From NCBI GenBank assembly GCA_026004535.1, contig BPJI01000001.1:79915-143914 (forward strand): a DNA stretch of 64,000 nucleotides. The letters run 5' to 3'. Source of the DNA: Candidatus Parcubacteria bacterium. Lineage in GTDB: Bacteria; Patescibacteriota; Minisyncoccia; UBA6257; HR35. Positions 28,838 to 38,267 of the stretch are shown in pieces (positions within the stretch are counted from its first letter, which is position 1; each line of letters opens with the position of its first letter). The notes beneath the pieces were generated by a model, which did no database searches, was not told the origin of the DNA, and worked only from the letters and a program-made list of their open reading frames with translations. Made by a program: the position numbers and the translations under genes.

Positions 28838-29665
28838 TTAATTCTCATATAGCAAAGGAGTGGCCAAACAGATTGAAGAATAAGTACCAATAAGAATACC
28901 TATTTGAATTGATAAAAGAAATGCTCTTAAATCAGGAATTAAAATTGACAAAGGCAAAATTGCTAAAACAGCCGTTAAAGAGGTAAAAATTGATCTCCTT
29001 AAGGTTTGCTGAATGCTCAAATTAAAAACCTCAATTGTTTTTTTGCCTGTTTTTAAAATATTTTCTCTCAAACGATCAAAAACAACGATTGTATCATGAA
29101 CTGAAAAACCAGCAACAATAAGTAAAGCGGTAATAAATTTAATGTCTAAATCAAAATTAAAGAATTTTGACAGCAAAACATAAAAGCCGGTTGTCGCCAT
29201 AACGTCGTGAAATAAAGTTATGACCACAATAAAACCTAAAAGAAATGGTGAAAATTGATTTTTCAATTGATAAAAAGCAAAGGCAACATAAAGACCAATT
29301 GCTAATAAAACTAGAATAATCATCAACATTGCTTTTTGTCTTAATTCTGAACTCAAACTACTACTAATTGATTCAAATCTTATTCTTTGACTTTGATTAT
29401 CTTGTTTTTGAATTTCTTGCCAGAGAAGATTTAAATTTTCTTGACTTTTAATCAAATAACCATCTTGAGTTTGATAATATACTGCTTTAAGCTTTAAATT
29501 ATTAATAATTGAGGGTACATTAGCTTTGGTTTTAACTTCTAAAATTTGACCACCAATCAAATCAATGCCTAAATTAGGGTTAAAAAAATAAAAACTCAGA
29601 CCACCAAACAGAACCAAAATCAAGCTTAAAAAATAAAAATAATATCTATATTTAATGAAATCCAT
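28838..29665 (-). CDS. secF: Protein translocase subunit SecF
   Basis: N-terminal TM, periplasmic domain and six-TM C-terminal bundle. Follows secD immediately. Confidence 0.85.
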   Translation of the reverse strand: MDFIKYRYYFYFLSLILVLFGGLSFYFFNPNLGIDLIGGQILEVKTKANVPSIINNLKLKAVYYQTQDGYLIKSQENLNLLWQEIQKQDNQSQRIRFESISSSLSSELRQKAMLMIILVLLAIGLYVAFAFYQLKNQFSPFLLGFIVVITLFHDVMATTGFYVLLSKFFNFDLDIKFITALLIVAGFSVHDTIVVFDRLRENILKTGKKTIEVFNLSIQQTLRRSIFTSLTAVLAILPLSILIPDLRAFLLSIQIGILIGTYSSICLATPLLYEN

Positions 29666-29671
29666 TAATTT

Positions 29672-30856
29672 TTATGACGTCGTACGTCGTAAATATATTG
29701 TCTCTAATAAATAATGGGTGAAAAAAACTGCTGTTAAAAAACTAATAACAACCCCTAAAAATAATGTCAGAGCAAATCCTTTAACAAAAGAAACTGCTAA
29801 AAAATAAATCAACAAAGAAGAAATAATTGTTGTTAAATTAGAATCACGAATTGAAGGAAAAGCTCGAGTAAAACCTTCTTTAACTATGTCAATATCTCTG
29901 AGTCCTCTTTTCTTTTCTTCTTTCATTCTTTCAAAAATCAAAATATTAGCATCAACAGCCATCCCAATTGCTAAAACCAGACCACTTAATGAAGCTAAAG
30001 AAATTGTTGCACCTAAAATTTTATAAAGAGCTAGATTAAAAACAAGAAAGAAAATTAAAGCTAAATCAGCAATTAAACCCTGAAAACCATAAAAAATAAT
30101 CATAAACAAAACAACCAAAATTATTCCAGCAATTGAACCTTTTAAGGCTAAATTAAGGGTTTTTTGACTTAAAATTGGATTAACAACTGATTCAGCAATT
30201 AAAATTAATGGCGCAGGTAAAGCTCCTTGATTTAAACGATTAGCTAAAAGTTTTGCTTCGTCTAAAGTAAATTTACCGGTTATTTGAGCTTGGCCATTTT
30301 CAATTACATCTCTAACAATTGGGGCACTAATTAATTTACCGTCTAAATAAATCGCAATTGGTTGATTAAGATACTTTTGGGTTAGATCTTTAAAAATTTT
30401 TGCTCCTTGTGAGTTAAATTGTAAGCTAACAATTGGTTCTAAAGTATTAGGATTTATAACAACATCAGCCCTAACTAAATATTCACCCGTAAGCCCTGAG
30501 GAAACAAAATCTCCATTTTTCGGTATTCTAAATTCTAAAAATGGCGTTTCGCCAATTACTTTTTTAGCTTGGTCTGGATCTTTAATATTAGGGATCTCAA
30601 TTAAAATTCTACCTGACTCAGAAAAACCAATAGAATATTCGCTGACACCTAAAAAATTAATTCTTCTTTCAATTAAATCTTTCGTTTGCTCTAAGATATT
30701 TTTGATATTCTCTTTTTTAACATTCTGAAAATCAATTTGATAAGTTAAAATTGTTCCACCAGCAATATCCATACCCAAAGAAAATGGTTTGCGAAAAATG
30801 AGATACAAGCTTAAGATAAAAAATAATAAGAATAAAACCAAGAACCAATTTTTCAT
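29672..30856 (-). CDS. secD: Protein translocase subunit SecD
   Basis: GMDIAGGT start, large periplasmic domain and C-terminal TM bundle with the SecD/SecF family pattern. Adjacent to secF. Confidence 0.85.
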   Translation of the reverse strand: MKNWFLVLFLLFFILSLYLIFRKPFSLGMDIAGGTILTYQIDFQNVKKENIKNILEQTKDLIERRINFLGVSEYSIGFSESGRILIEIPNIKDPDQAKKVIGETPFLEFRIPKNGDFVSSGLTGEYLVRADVVINPNTLEPIVSLQFNSQGAKIFKDLTQKYLNQPIAIYLDGKLISAPIVRDVIENGQAQITGKFTLDEAKLLANRLNQGALPAPLILIAESVVNPILSQKTLNLALKGSIAGIILVVLFMIIFYGFQGLIADLALIFFLVFNLALYKILGATISLASLSGLVLAIGMAVDANILIFERMKEEKKRGLRDIDIVKEGFTRAFPSIRDSNLTTIISSLLIYFLAVSFVKGFALTLFLGVVISFLTAVFFTHYLLETIYLRRTTS

Positions 30857-31155
30857 CTAAAAATCTTAGCTAATTTTTCAAATAAATTAGCTAAAAAGTT
30901 TTTAATTGTTGTCCAAAACAAAACAATATCAATGCCAAATTTTTCTTTTAATTTTATTGGAATCTGGCTAAAATCAATACCTGTTACTTGTTGAAGAAAA
31001 CTAACTAAGTTTTGCCAACCAGTTTTTAAAGTATTAAAAAAAATATCCCAATTAACAAATTGTTTTATTTTAGCTAAAATATTTTTTGGCAAAATAGCAA
31101 AAACAATCAAAATAACAATCAAATAAAATATCCATTTTAAAATTTTTCCAATCAT
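30853..31155 (-). CDS. Small membrane protein sitting in the yajC position of the secDF operon
   Basis: N-terminal TM (IFYLIVILIVFAILP), 100 aa, start/stop overlap with secD. No YajC C-terminal motif, so only synteny supports an analogous role. Confidence 0.3.
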   Translation of the reverse strand: MIGKILKWIFYLIVILIVFAILPKNILAKIKQFVNWDIFFNTLKTGWQNLVSFLQQVTGIDFSQIPIKLKEKFGIDIVLFWTTIKNFLANLFEKLAKIFR

Positions 31156-32549
31156 AATTTTTCTATTGCTTTATTAATTAAATCAATAGTCTTTTCTTTA
31201 CCAAAAACTTCGGCCAAATCAAATGGCGGTGGCGATGCTTCTTTACCTGAAAGAGCAACCCTTAGAGGCCAAAAATATTCTCCCTTGTTATTACCTGAAA
31301 GTCTATCTAAAATCTCTTTAATCTTTTCAGCTCTGAAATCTTCTTCTTTAATTTTAGCAAATTCTTTTTTAATTTCTTCCAAATTATTTTTAATTTTTTC
31401 TCGAGATGTATTTTTCCATATAAGCATTTCAGCCGAATAGTCAAAATCTTTGAAGAAAAATTCAACTGAGGGTAAAATATCATTTAGAGTTGTCGCTCTT
31501 TCTTTACCAAGTTCAATTATTTTCAAAATTTTTTCATAAGAATAATTATTAATATAAGTAGAGAAATCAAGTAAATCAATTAGTTCTTCTGGTTTTTTGG
31601 TTTTTAAGTAATGACGGTTAAAATAATTTAATTTAGAAATATTAAAAATTGTTGGTGATTTATTTAATTTTTCTAATTTAAATTCTTTAATCATTTCTTC
31701 TAAAGAAATTATTTCTCGATCACCAGCTGGATGCCAGCCCAATAAAGCTACAAAATTCAAAATTGCTTCTGGTAAATAACCTTCCTGACGATACTCATTA
31801 ATACTTTTAGCTCCGTGTCTTTTTGAAAGTTTGCTTCGATCTTGACCTAAAACTAATGGTAAATGAACAAAAATTGGCGGCTGCCAATCTAAATATTGGT
31901 AGATTAATAATTGTTTGGGGGTTGTCAAAATAAATTCTTCGCCTCGGATAACATGAGTAATTCCTTGATAATGATCATCAACTGTATTGGCTAAAACATA
32001 AAGTGGTTCCTTTTCCTTTTTAGCGATAACAAAATCTCCACTTTGACGAAAATCAAATTTTATTTCGCCTCTTAAAAAATCTTTAAAAGTAATAATTTTT
32101 TCTGGAACTTTTAAACGGATAACATAATTCTCTTTTTCTTTTCTCTTTAAGACTGTTTGTTTATCAAGATTCCTACAGGTTCCAGAATATCGTGGTACCT
32201 CTCCTCTTGTTAATTGTTCTTGTTTTCTTAATTCTAATTCTTCTTTTGAACAGAAACAATAATAAGCTAAATCTTTATCAATCAGCTCTTTGATTATTTT
32301 TTCATATAAATCTATTCTTTCACTTTGACGAATTGGGCCTTCGTCCCAAAAGAGACCTAGCCAATTTAAGCTATCAATAATATCCTCTTCAAATTCCCTT
32401 CTCGATCTTTCTTTGTCAGTATCTTCAATTCTTAAAATAAAAACGCCATTTTCAGCTTTAGCAAAAAGATAGTTAAATAAAGCAGTTCGAGCACCACCTA
32501 AATGAAGGTACCCAGTTGGTGATGGCGCAAATCTAACTCTAACTACCAT
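31152..32549 (-). CDS. gltX: Glutamyl-tRNA synthetase
   Basis: VRVRFAPSPTGYLHLGGARTALFNYLFA...ILRIEDTD and KLSKRHG (KMSKS-type). Confidence 0.9.
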   Translation of the reverse strand: MVVRVRFAPSPTGYLHLGGARTALFNYLFAKAENGVFILRIEDTDKERSRREFEEDIIDSLNWLGLFWDEGPIRQSERIDLYEKIIKELIDKDLAYYCFCSKEELELRKQEQLTRGEVPRYSGTCRNLDKQTVLKRKEKENYVIRLKVPEKIITFKDFLRGEIKFDFRQSGDFVIAKKEKEPLYVLANTVDDHYQGITHVIRGEEFILTTPKQLLIYQYLDWQPPIFVHLPLVLGQDRSKLSKRHGAKSINEYRQEGYLPEAILNFVALLGWHPAGDREIISLEEMIKEFKLEKLNKSPTIFNISKLNYFNRHYLKTKKPEELIDLLDFSTYINNYSYEKILKIIELGKERATTLNDILPSVEFFFKDFDYSAEMLIWKNTSREKIKNNLEEIKKEFAKIKEEDFRAEKIKEILDRLSGNNKGEYFWPLRVALSGKEASPPPFDLAEVFGKEKTIDLINKAIEKL

Positions 32550-32568
32550 TTAAATATATTATAAAGCA

Positions 32569-33858
32569 TTATTTAACTAAATAACCAGGAATCAAATTAG
32601 GGTCAAGGGGCAAAATTAAAGTTACTTTTGTTCCTTTATTTTCTTCTGATTCAACCTTAATATCACCGCCATGAAAATTAATCAAATTTTTAGCATTATA
32701 AAGACCGATACCGAAACCTTTGACGTCCAATTCTTTTGCTTTTTCACCTCGATAGTATTTTTTAAACAAATTAGCTAAATCTTTTTTAGTCATCCCAACA
32801 CCAGTATCTTGAATAATTATTTCTAAATATGGTCTTTGAGGCATTTTTTGAATCCTAATATCAACTAAACCTCCTGGTTTATTATATAAAATCGAATTTT
32901 CAATCAAAGCAAATAGAGATAAAGAAATAATACTCTGATCAACATTAACTTTGGTCACCTTTTCTTCGATCTCAACATTTACTTTTAATTTTTTCTCCTC
33001 AATTTTTTCTTTTAAAACATCCAAAATAGTAACAATAATTCTTTCTAAATCAACCTCCTCAATCTTAACTTTTAATTGACCGAATTCAGTCCGGACAAAA
33101 TTCAAAGTTGATTCAGCTAAAAAGATTGTTGATTTAACTATTCTTAAAGCAATTTCAATAAAATCTTTATTCTCTGTTGGAATTTCTTTTAAATTAATTG
33201 CTTCCAAATTCCATCGGATTTCACTTAAGGGCGTTAAAAGATTATGGCTTATCATTTGGATAAACTCTAATCTTTTTTCTGATTCTAAAACATCCTTGGT
33301 TTTATCCGAAATAATTCTCAATTTATATTTTTTATCTAAGTAAACATCGGTATAAGTAATTAGAAAATATTTTTCTTCAGGTAGACTAAATTTAACTTCA
33401 ATTATTTCTGGTTTTTGATTAACGATTTTTAAATTTTCACCTTGCAAAAAAGGGAATAAAATATTAGCCAATGTTTGATAAATTTCACTTTTAATCATCT
33501 CACTTTTAACCTTTAAATTAATCAAATCTTCTTTTTTAATTTTGACTAATTCGGCAAAATATTCATTAACAAAAACAATTTTAAACTCGTCATCATAGAT
33601 GACAATTCCATCCTGAAGATAGTCTAAAAGATTTTGAAATAGATAAAAGAAAGATACTTTTTCTTCTTTTGGCTTTTTTTGAATTTGAAGAAAAAAGTAC
33701 AAAGCAGCTATAACTAAAGTTAGATTAACAAAAATTAAAATCTTTAGAAAATTAAAATTATTAACAAACAATGAAAAAATTGATAATATTAAAGATAAAC
33801 CAAAAAAAACTAAAATTAATCTTTCCTTGACTTGAAAAAATTTTATAATTTTTTTCAT
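32569..33858 (-). CDS. Sensor histidine kinase (membrane anchor, PAS-like, HisKA, HATPase_c); no cognate response regulator in the window
   Basis: H-box ISHNLLTPLSEI, and N/G-boxes (DTGVGMTKKDLANLFKKYYRG, GFGIGLYNAKNLINFHGGDI). Confidence 0.75.
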   Translation of the reverse strand: MKKIIKFFQVKERLILVFFGLSLILSIFSLFVNNFNFLKILIFVNLTLVIAALYFFLQIQKKPKEEKVSFFYLFQNLLDYLQDGIVIYDDEFKIVFVNEYFAELVKIKKEDLINLKVKSEMIKSEIYQTLANILFPFLQGENLKIVNQKPEIIEVKFSLPEEKYFLITYTDVYLDKKYKLRIISDKTKDVLESEKRLEFIQMISHNLLTPLSEIRWNLEAINLKEIPTENKDFIEIALRIVKSTIFLAESTLNFVRTEFGQLKVKIEEVDLERIIVTILDVLKEKIEEKKLKVNVEIEEKVTKVNVDQSIISLSLFALIENSILYNKPGGLVDIRIQKMPQRPYLEIIIQDTGVGMTKKDLANLFKKYYRGEKAKELDVKGFGIGLYNAKNLINFHGGDIKVESEENKGTKVTLILPLDPNLIPGYLVK

Positions 33859-36353
33859 TATGACAAACTCGATCCTTCTTTAAGATTAACCCTTAGGGGG
33901 ACAGTTAGTTTATACATATTTTCCATCTTTTCTTTAATTATAACCTTAATTTCCTCCTTCATCTCTTCCTTAACTTCAAAAACCAATTCATCGTGAATGG
34001 TTAAAATAAAATAGGCGGGTAAATTTTTTTGATAAATTTCCTCATCAATAGTAATCATTGCTTTTTTAAGTAAATCAGCAGCTAAACCCTGAATTGGCAT
34101 ATTAATAGCTATTCTTTCAGCCAAAGCTCTTTCCCGATAGGATTGATAATTAATTTCGGGAATAAACTTTTTGCGACCAAAAAGAGTCTGAGCATAAGAG
34201 TAAGTTTTAGCAAATTCAATTAATTCCTCTTTTAATTTTTTTACTCCTGGATAAAAATAATAAAATTTCTCAATTAATTTACTTGCCAAAGATACAGGCA
34301 GCTGCAGTCTTTCAGCCAATCCTTTAGCAGTTACGCCATAACAAATGCCAAAATTAATTATTTTTGCCTTCCTCCTTGATTCAGACGAATCATCGCCAAA
34401 AACCATTTTGGCTGTTTGGCTGTGAATATCTAAATCATTTTTAAAAGCTGAAATTAAATTTTCATCCTGGCTTAAATGAGCTAGAAGCCTAAGTTCAATT
34501 TGAGAATAATCAACATCAAGGAAAACATAACCTTCTTCAGCAATAAAGACTTTTCTTAAATATTGTGCTAATTCTCCTTCTAAGGGTAAATTTTGTAAAT
34601 TAGGATTTTCCGAAGTAATTCTTCCAGTACTTGTTCCAGTTTGGTTAAAAATGGTATAAATTCTTTTTGTCTGAGGATTATAAGTTTTTAATAATGAATC
34701 AGTATAAGTCGTTAAAAGTTTATTTGTTTTACGATAGTCTAAAATTTTACTGATGATTGGGTGGAGATGAATAATTTTAATTAAATCAGTTTCTTGAGTT
34801 GAAATTTCGCCTTTGCTTGTTTTAGTCAAACCCTTGGTTGGAATTTTTAATTTGGTGAATAAAATTTTTCTTAATTGAAGTGGTGAATTAGGATTAAATT
34901 TTTCTCCGGCTAAATCATAAATTTCTTCTAAAAGTCGATCGCATTTTTCTTTAATTTTTCTCTTAAATTCCTCAAGGGCTTCAATATCGATCTTAATACC
35001 TCTAAGTTCCATTCGCGCTAAAATACCAACCAATGGTAGTTCAATTTCGAAATAAACTTTTTCAAGCTCAAGCTCTTTAAGCTTGTTTAGCAAATTTTTA
35101 GTTGTTTCTAAAGCAGAAATCAGTGGTTGTTTAATATTTGGATTTTGGTAGGCAATAATTTCTTCTAAATTGAGATTACCTTTAGATGGATTTAAAAGCC
35201 AAAAAATTATTTTTAAATCATAAATTTTATTAAGATTTAATTTCTTGTCAAAATAAAAATCATCTTTAAAAATTTCTTTGAAAATGTTCTTTAAATCAAA
35301 AACATATTTTTCTCCATCGGTTAAAAAAATCTCTCTTAAAAAATTTTTAGTTAAAATTTTTATTTCTCCTGAACCATCATCAATTTTTATTTGGTCTTTA
35401 TCTAAAAAAAAGAAAAAAGGTTTTTTTAACTCACATAAAGAAGTAATAGTTTTTGATTCCATTTTTAAAACAGCAAAAAGTCCTTTGTTCTCTTTTTCAG
35501 CTTGAATTCTTTGAATTAAACTCTTAAAACCAAATTCTCGAAAAACAGAAATTAATTCTTCGTTTTTAAAGCCAGAATAAGGTTTTAAAAGACTTTGATC
35601 AATTTCTATATCTTTTCTCAGGGTCACTAATTCACGATTAAATAAAAGTTTTTCTTTATAAGCTAAAATTTTTTCTCTAAATTTTGGCTCAAGTTTTTTT
35701 TCTTCGGCTGCTTTAATTATGCCCTCTAAATTTTGGTATTGCTGCAAAAGTTGACTGGCTGTTTTTGGGCCAATCCCAGAAATACCAATGATATTATCAG
35801 AAGGATCGCCAATTAAGGCTTTATAATCAGGAAGTTGCTGGGGTAAAAGTCCGTATTTTTCTTTAATTTGCTTTTCATCATAAATTATTGTTTGGGTAAT
35901 TCCTTTTTTCATCGTCAAAATCTTTGTTTTCTGATCAACAAGTTGCAAAGTATCTAAATCGCCAGTTAAAATAACGATCTCGTCAGCTGAAGATAAAAAT
36001 TTTTCTTTTAAACTGGCAATCAGATCATCAGCTTCATAACCGATTTTTTCAATTACTGGAATATTAAAAGCAGAGAAAATTTTTTTGGCTAAAGAGATTT
36101 GAATTTTTAAATCATCAGTTATTGGTTGTCGAGTTGCTTTATATTCTTTAAAAACTTGGTGCCTAATGGTTGGCTCAGGCCTATCATATAAAGCAAAAAT
36201 ATAATCTGGTTTTTGCTCCTTTAAAATTTTTAGAAGAATATTGCTCAAACCATAAAGAGCTTGAACTGGTCTTCCTTGAGAATCAACAAGATTAGGCATG
36301 GCATGATAAATCCTATAAATTAAAGCATTAGCATCAATAAGAAAAACCTTCAT
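33858..36353 (-). CDS. polA: DNA polymerase I (5'-3' exonuclease plus polymerase domains)
   Basis: N-terminal FEN-like domain (MKVFLIDANALIYRIYHAMP...), and polymerase motifs (DYSQIELRLLAHLS, QTGTSTGRITSENPNLQNLP). Confidence 0.9.
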   Translation of the reverse strand: MKVFLIDANALIYRIYHAMPNLVDSQGRPVQALYGLSNILLKILKEQKPDYIFALYDRPEPTIRHQVFKEYKATRQPITDDLKIQISLAKKIFSAFNIPVIEKIGYEADDLIASLKEKFLSSADEIVILTGDLDTLQLVDQKTKILTMKKGITQTIIYDEKQIKEKYGLLPQQLPDYKALIGDPSDNIIGISGIGPKTASQLLQQYQNLEGIIKAAEEKKLEPKFREKILAYKEKLLFNRELVTLRKDIEIDQSLLKPYSGFKNEELISVFREFGFKSLIQRIQAEKENKGLFAVLKMESKTITSLCELKKPFFFFLDKDQIKIDDGSGEIKILTKNFLREIFLTDGEKYVFDLKNIFKEIFKDDFYFDKKLNLNKIYDLKIIFWLLNPSKGNLNLEEIIAYQNPNIKQPLISALETTKNLLNKLKELELEKVYFEIELPLVGILARMELRGIKIDIEALEEFKRKIKEKCDRLLEEIYDLAGEKFNPNSPLQLRKILFTKLKIPTKGLTKTSKGEISTQETDLIKIIHLHPIISKILDYRKTNKLLTTYTDSLLKTYNPQTKRIYTIFNQTGTSTGRITSENPNLQNLPLEGELAQYLRKVFIAEEGYVFLDVDYSQIELRLLAHLSQDENLISAFKNDLDIHSQTAKMVFGDDSSESRRKAKIINFGICYGVTAKGLAERLQLPVSLASKLIEKFYYFYPGVKKLKEELIEFAKTYSYAQTLFGRKKFIPEINYQSYRERALAERIAINMPIQGLAADLLKKAMITIDEEIYQKNLPAYFILTIHDELVFEVKEEMKEEIKVIIKEKMENMYKLTVPLRVNLKEGSSLS

Positions 36354-36754
36354 TTTATTAAGTAAATTCTCTTATTTTTTACTATTTTAATCTTAATTTC
36401 TCTAAATTTTATCTTTTTTCTTTTTAAATATGATCTTAATTTCTCCCCCCATTCAATAAAAAAAATATTATTTTTCTTTTTTAACTCATTTTTTAAACCT
36501 ATTTTTAAAATATCCTGCGATCTGATTCGATAAAGATCAATATGATTTAAGAAATATTTTTTCTTTTTTAATTGAAACTGATATTTTTGCCATAAAACAA
36601 AAGTTGGACTAGTTAAGGTTTCTTTAATTTTTAATTTTTTAGCAATCAATTTTGTTAAAGTTGTTTTACCTGCGCCCAAAGGTCCTGAGAGTAAAAATAT
36701 TTTTTGCCGAGGAATTAAATTTAAAATTTTACTTAAAACTTGATTTTGGGTCAT
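36350..36754 (-). CDS. tsaE: tRNA t6A biosynthesis protein TsaE (YjeE)
   Basis: P-loop LSGPLGAGKTTLTKLIAKKL, SPTFVL and HIDLYR motifs. Confidence 0.75.
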   Translation of the reverse strand: MTQNQVLSKILNLIPRQKIFLLSGPLGAGKTTLTKLIAKKLKIKETLTSPTFVLWQKYQFQLKKKKYFLNHIDLYRIRSQDILKIGLKNELKKKNNIFFIEWGEKLRSYLKRKKIKFREIKIKIVKNKRIYLIK

Positions 36755-36774
36755 AAAAATATTATACCAATTTA

Positions 36775-36800
36775 AAACTCCCGCCCTAAGGCGGGAGTTT
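36775..36800. terminator. Rho-independent terminator hairpin immediately after the small acidic ORF
   Basis: aaaactcccgccttagggcgggagtttt is an 8-bp GC stem flanked by A/T runs, placed right after the minus-strand stop at 36802. Confidence 0.6.
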
Positions 36801-36801
36801 T

Positions 36802-36972
36802 TTATGCTTCCTCTTCTTCTAAGGATTCTTCCTCCTCAAACTCTTCCTCTAATGGTTCTTCCCATTCTTCCTCAGGAATGTCTTCTAATTCTTCAAATTC
36901 TTCTTCGGCTGGTTCTTCCATTAAGCCCTCTTCTTCTTCATTCAATTGCTGAACTAATTTTAAATCTTTCAT
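36802..36972 (-). CDS. Small (56-aa) extremely acidic protein, absent from the supplied ORF track because it is under 60 aa
   Basis: Minus-strand ATG at 36972 runs to TAA at 36804..36802 and encodes MKDLKLVQQLNEEEEGLMEEPAEEEFEELEDIPEEEWEEPLEEEFEEEESLEEEEA. It is followed directly by a terminator hairpin and is co-oriented downstream of yebC. The + strand ORF 36804..37046 is its antisense shadow. Confidence 0.45.
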   Translation of the reverse strand: MKDLKLVQQLNEEEEGLMEEPAEEEFEELEDIPEEEWEEPLEEEFEEEESLEEEEA

Positions 36973-37057
36973 TGATTAAAAAAAATTTAATTAACGACAC
37001 TTCTATCTTTAAATTTATTATATTATTTTTCATTATTTTCTTTTAAAAGTCAAGAGT

Positions 37058-37756
37058 TCAGTCTTTAAGATTAGTAAAAACTTCTTCAATGTCATCTAGA
37101 TTTAATAATTCTTCTATTAATTGGTTGGCTTTTGTCTTTAAATTTTCACTAATATTTTCCATAATATTCAAAGGTCTAAACTCAAGATAAGAATCTTTAA
37201 CTACAATTTCATTTTTTTCTAATTTATCTTTTAATTCATTAAGCTGACTTAAGTTTGTTATTAACAAAATATCCCCATCTTTCTCTTGAATATCTTCAAA
37301 TAAATCTGCCAGATCTAAGACTTTTGTTTCGTCTTCTTTTGAAATTACAACAACTCCTTTTTCTTGAAAGTTCCAAATTACAGATCTAGGTTCAGCTAAG
37401 CGACCTCCGTATTTATTTAAAAGATGCCTAATCTCTCCTAGGGTTCTGTTTTTATTGTCAGTAATAGCTTTAATTAAAATTTGCACATCTTCTAAATAAG
37501 CTTCAAAAATTATTTCTTCTAAATTATCCTCTTTTGTTTCTCCTTTTTTAATTGCTCGTTCAATATTTTCTAATGGCACCTGAAATTCTCTAGCTCTTTC
37601 AATGGCTGCTCTCAATTTATAATTAGTTTCTGGGTTATTACCTTCGCGAGCAGCAATTGTAATAGCTCTAATCAATTTCGAAATCAATTGCCCTTTTTTA
37701 GCATCAACAATTGCTTTCTTATGTTTAATCTGTGCCCAATGAGAATGACCAGCCAT
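37058..37756 (-). CDS. yebC: YebC/PmpR-family transcriptional regulator
   Basis: True start MAGHSHWAQIKHKK is the family signature. The 48-aa N-terminal extension in the ORF track reads into rnpB and is spurious. Confidence 0.85.
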   Translation of the reverse strand: MAGHSHWAQIKHKKAIVDAKKGQLISKLIRAITIAAREGNNPETNYKLRAAIERAREFQVPLENIERAIKKGETKEDNLEEIIFEAYLEDVQILIKAITDNKNRTLGEIRHLLNKYGGRLAEPRSVIWNFQEKGVVVISKEDETKVLDLADLFEDIQEKDGDILLITNLSQLNELKDKLEKNEIVVKDSYLEFRPLNIMENISENLKTKANQLIEELLNLDDIEEVFTNLKD

Positions 37757-37799
37757 TTTTGCTAGTTTTACAGCTTCACAGCTTCCAAGCTTCAAAAAG

Positions 37800-38231
37800 A
37801 ATATGGGGAAAGCATAAGCCGGGTTTTGTTTTAGCCAATTATCTGTCTTGCGGAGGAAATCGCTTTCCTCCCCTAGCGGCACTCTCGCAAAAGCGAGCAC
37901 GGCCTTGCACCCAAGAAAAGAGAAAGAAGCATTAGTAAATTGCTTTACTATGCCAAAAGGTAGCCAGAAAAAGGATTTTCTGACACCCTTTTGCTTTTCA
38001 CCTTTCCCTGAATTAGCTTCAGGTAGTATTGTCTCTGTTCTTTCTCTTTAGACTTTTCAGCCTAGCGGATTTTTCCGCTTCCCTTACTGGGTGCCCGGAC
38101 TTTCCTCTCCAACCACAGATAAGCACTGATTTAAATATTTTACTGATCAACACAGATTTAATAATCCGTGTTTATCAGTGAGGTTTTTATATCCGTGTTT
38201 ATCCGTAGTCAGAGCAATTGGCTGCTTTCCC
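37800..38231 (-). ncRNA. rnpB: RNase P RNA (bacterial type A-like), ~430 nt with an extended 5' region
   Basis: Minus strand contains GAGGAAAGUCCGGGCAC (CR-I/P4 5' strand, + coordinates ~38093..38109) and AAACCCGGCUUAU (P4 3' strand, ~37814..37826) about 290 nt apart. P1 pairs 5' GGGAAAGCA (38223..38231) with 3' UGCUUUCCC (37806..37814). GC-rich in an AT-rich genome. A promoter lies just upstream. Confidence 0.8.
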
Positions 38232-38238
38232 TTTGAAT

Positions 38239-38267
38239 ATTATAACATCTTATTCATTAATAATCAA
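38239..38267 (-). promoter_or_regulatory. Candidate sigma-70 promoter for rnpB (TTGATT-17-TATAAT on the minus strand)
   Basis: -35 is the reverse complement of 38262..38267, -10 the reverse complement of 38239..38244. The predicted TSS (~38231) coincides with the P1 5' strand of rnpB. Confidence 0.45.

Noticed and set aside
29674-29700. Palindromic word ACGTCGTACGTCGTAAAT, recurring at 42862..42885 and in reverse complement at 52281..52300
   Set aside because: The first copy simply encodes the SecD C-terminus (…LRRTTS*), and the second lies in decayed coding sequence. Three copies of a 12-15-mer are weak evidence for a repeat family without a genome-wide count.
35278-35505. 75-aa plus-strand ORF
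   Set aside because: Antisense within polA.
36804-37046. 80-aa Leu/Pro-rich plus-strand ORF
   Set aside because: Antisense of the acidic small ORF (GAA-rich DNA read backwards), and it continues into AT-rich spacer. The minus-strand reading has a terminator and is preferred.
37732-38051. ORFs 37732..37935 and 37848..38051 and the N-terminal 48 codons of the 37058..37900 call
   Set aside because: They lie on RNase P RNA. The yebC family start MAGHSHW is internal.
38100-38230. TGTTTATC(A/C)GT boxes upstream of the RNase P core, considered as DnaA boxes
   Set aside because: They fall inside the mapped rnpB transcript (between P1 and P4) and are better explained as tandemly duplicated helix segments of the RNA.
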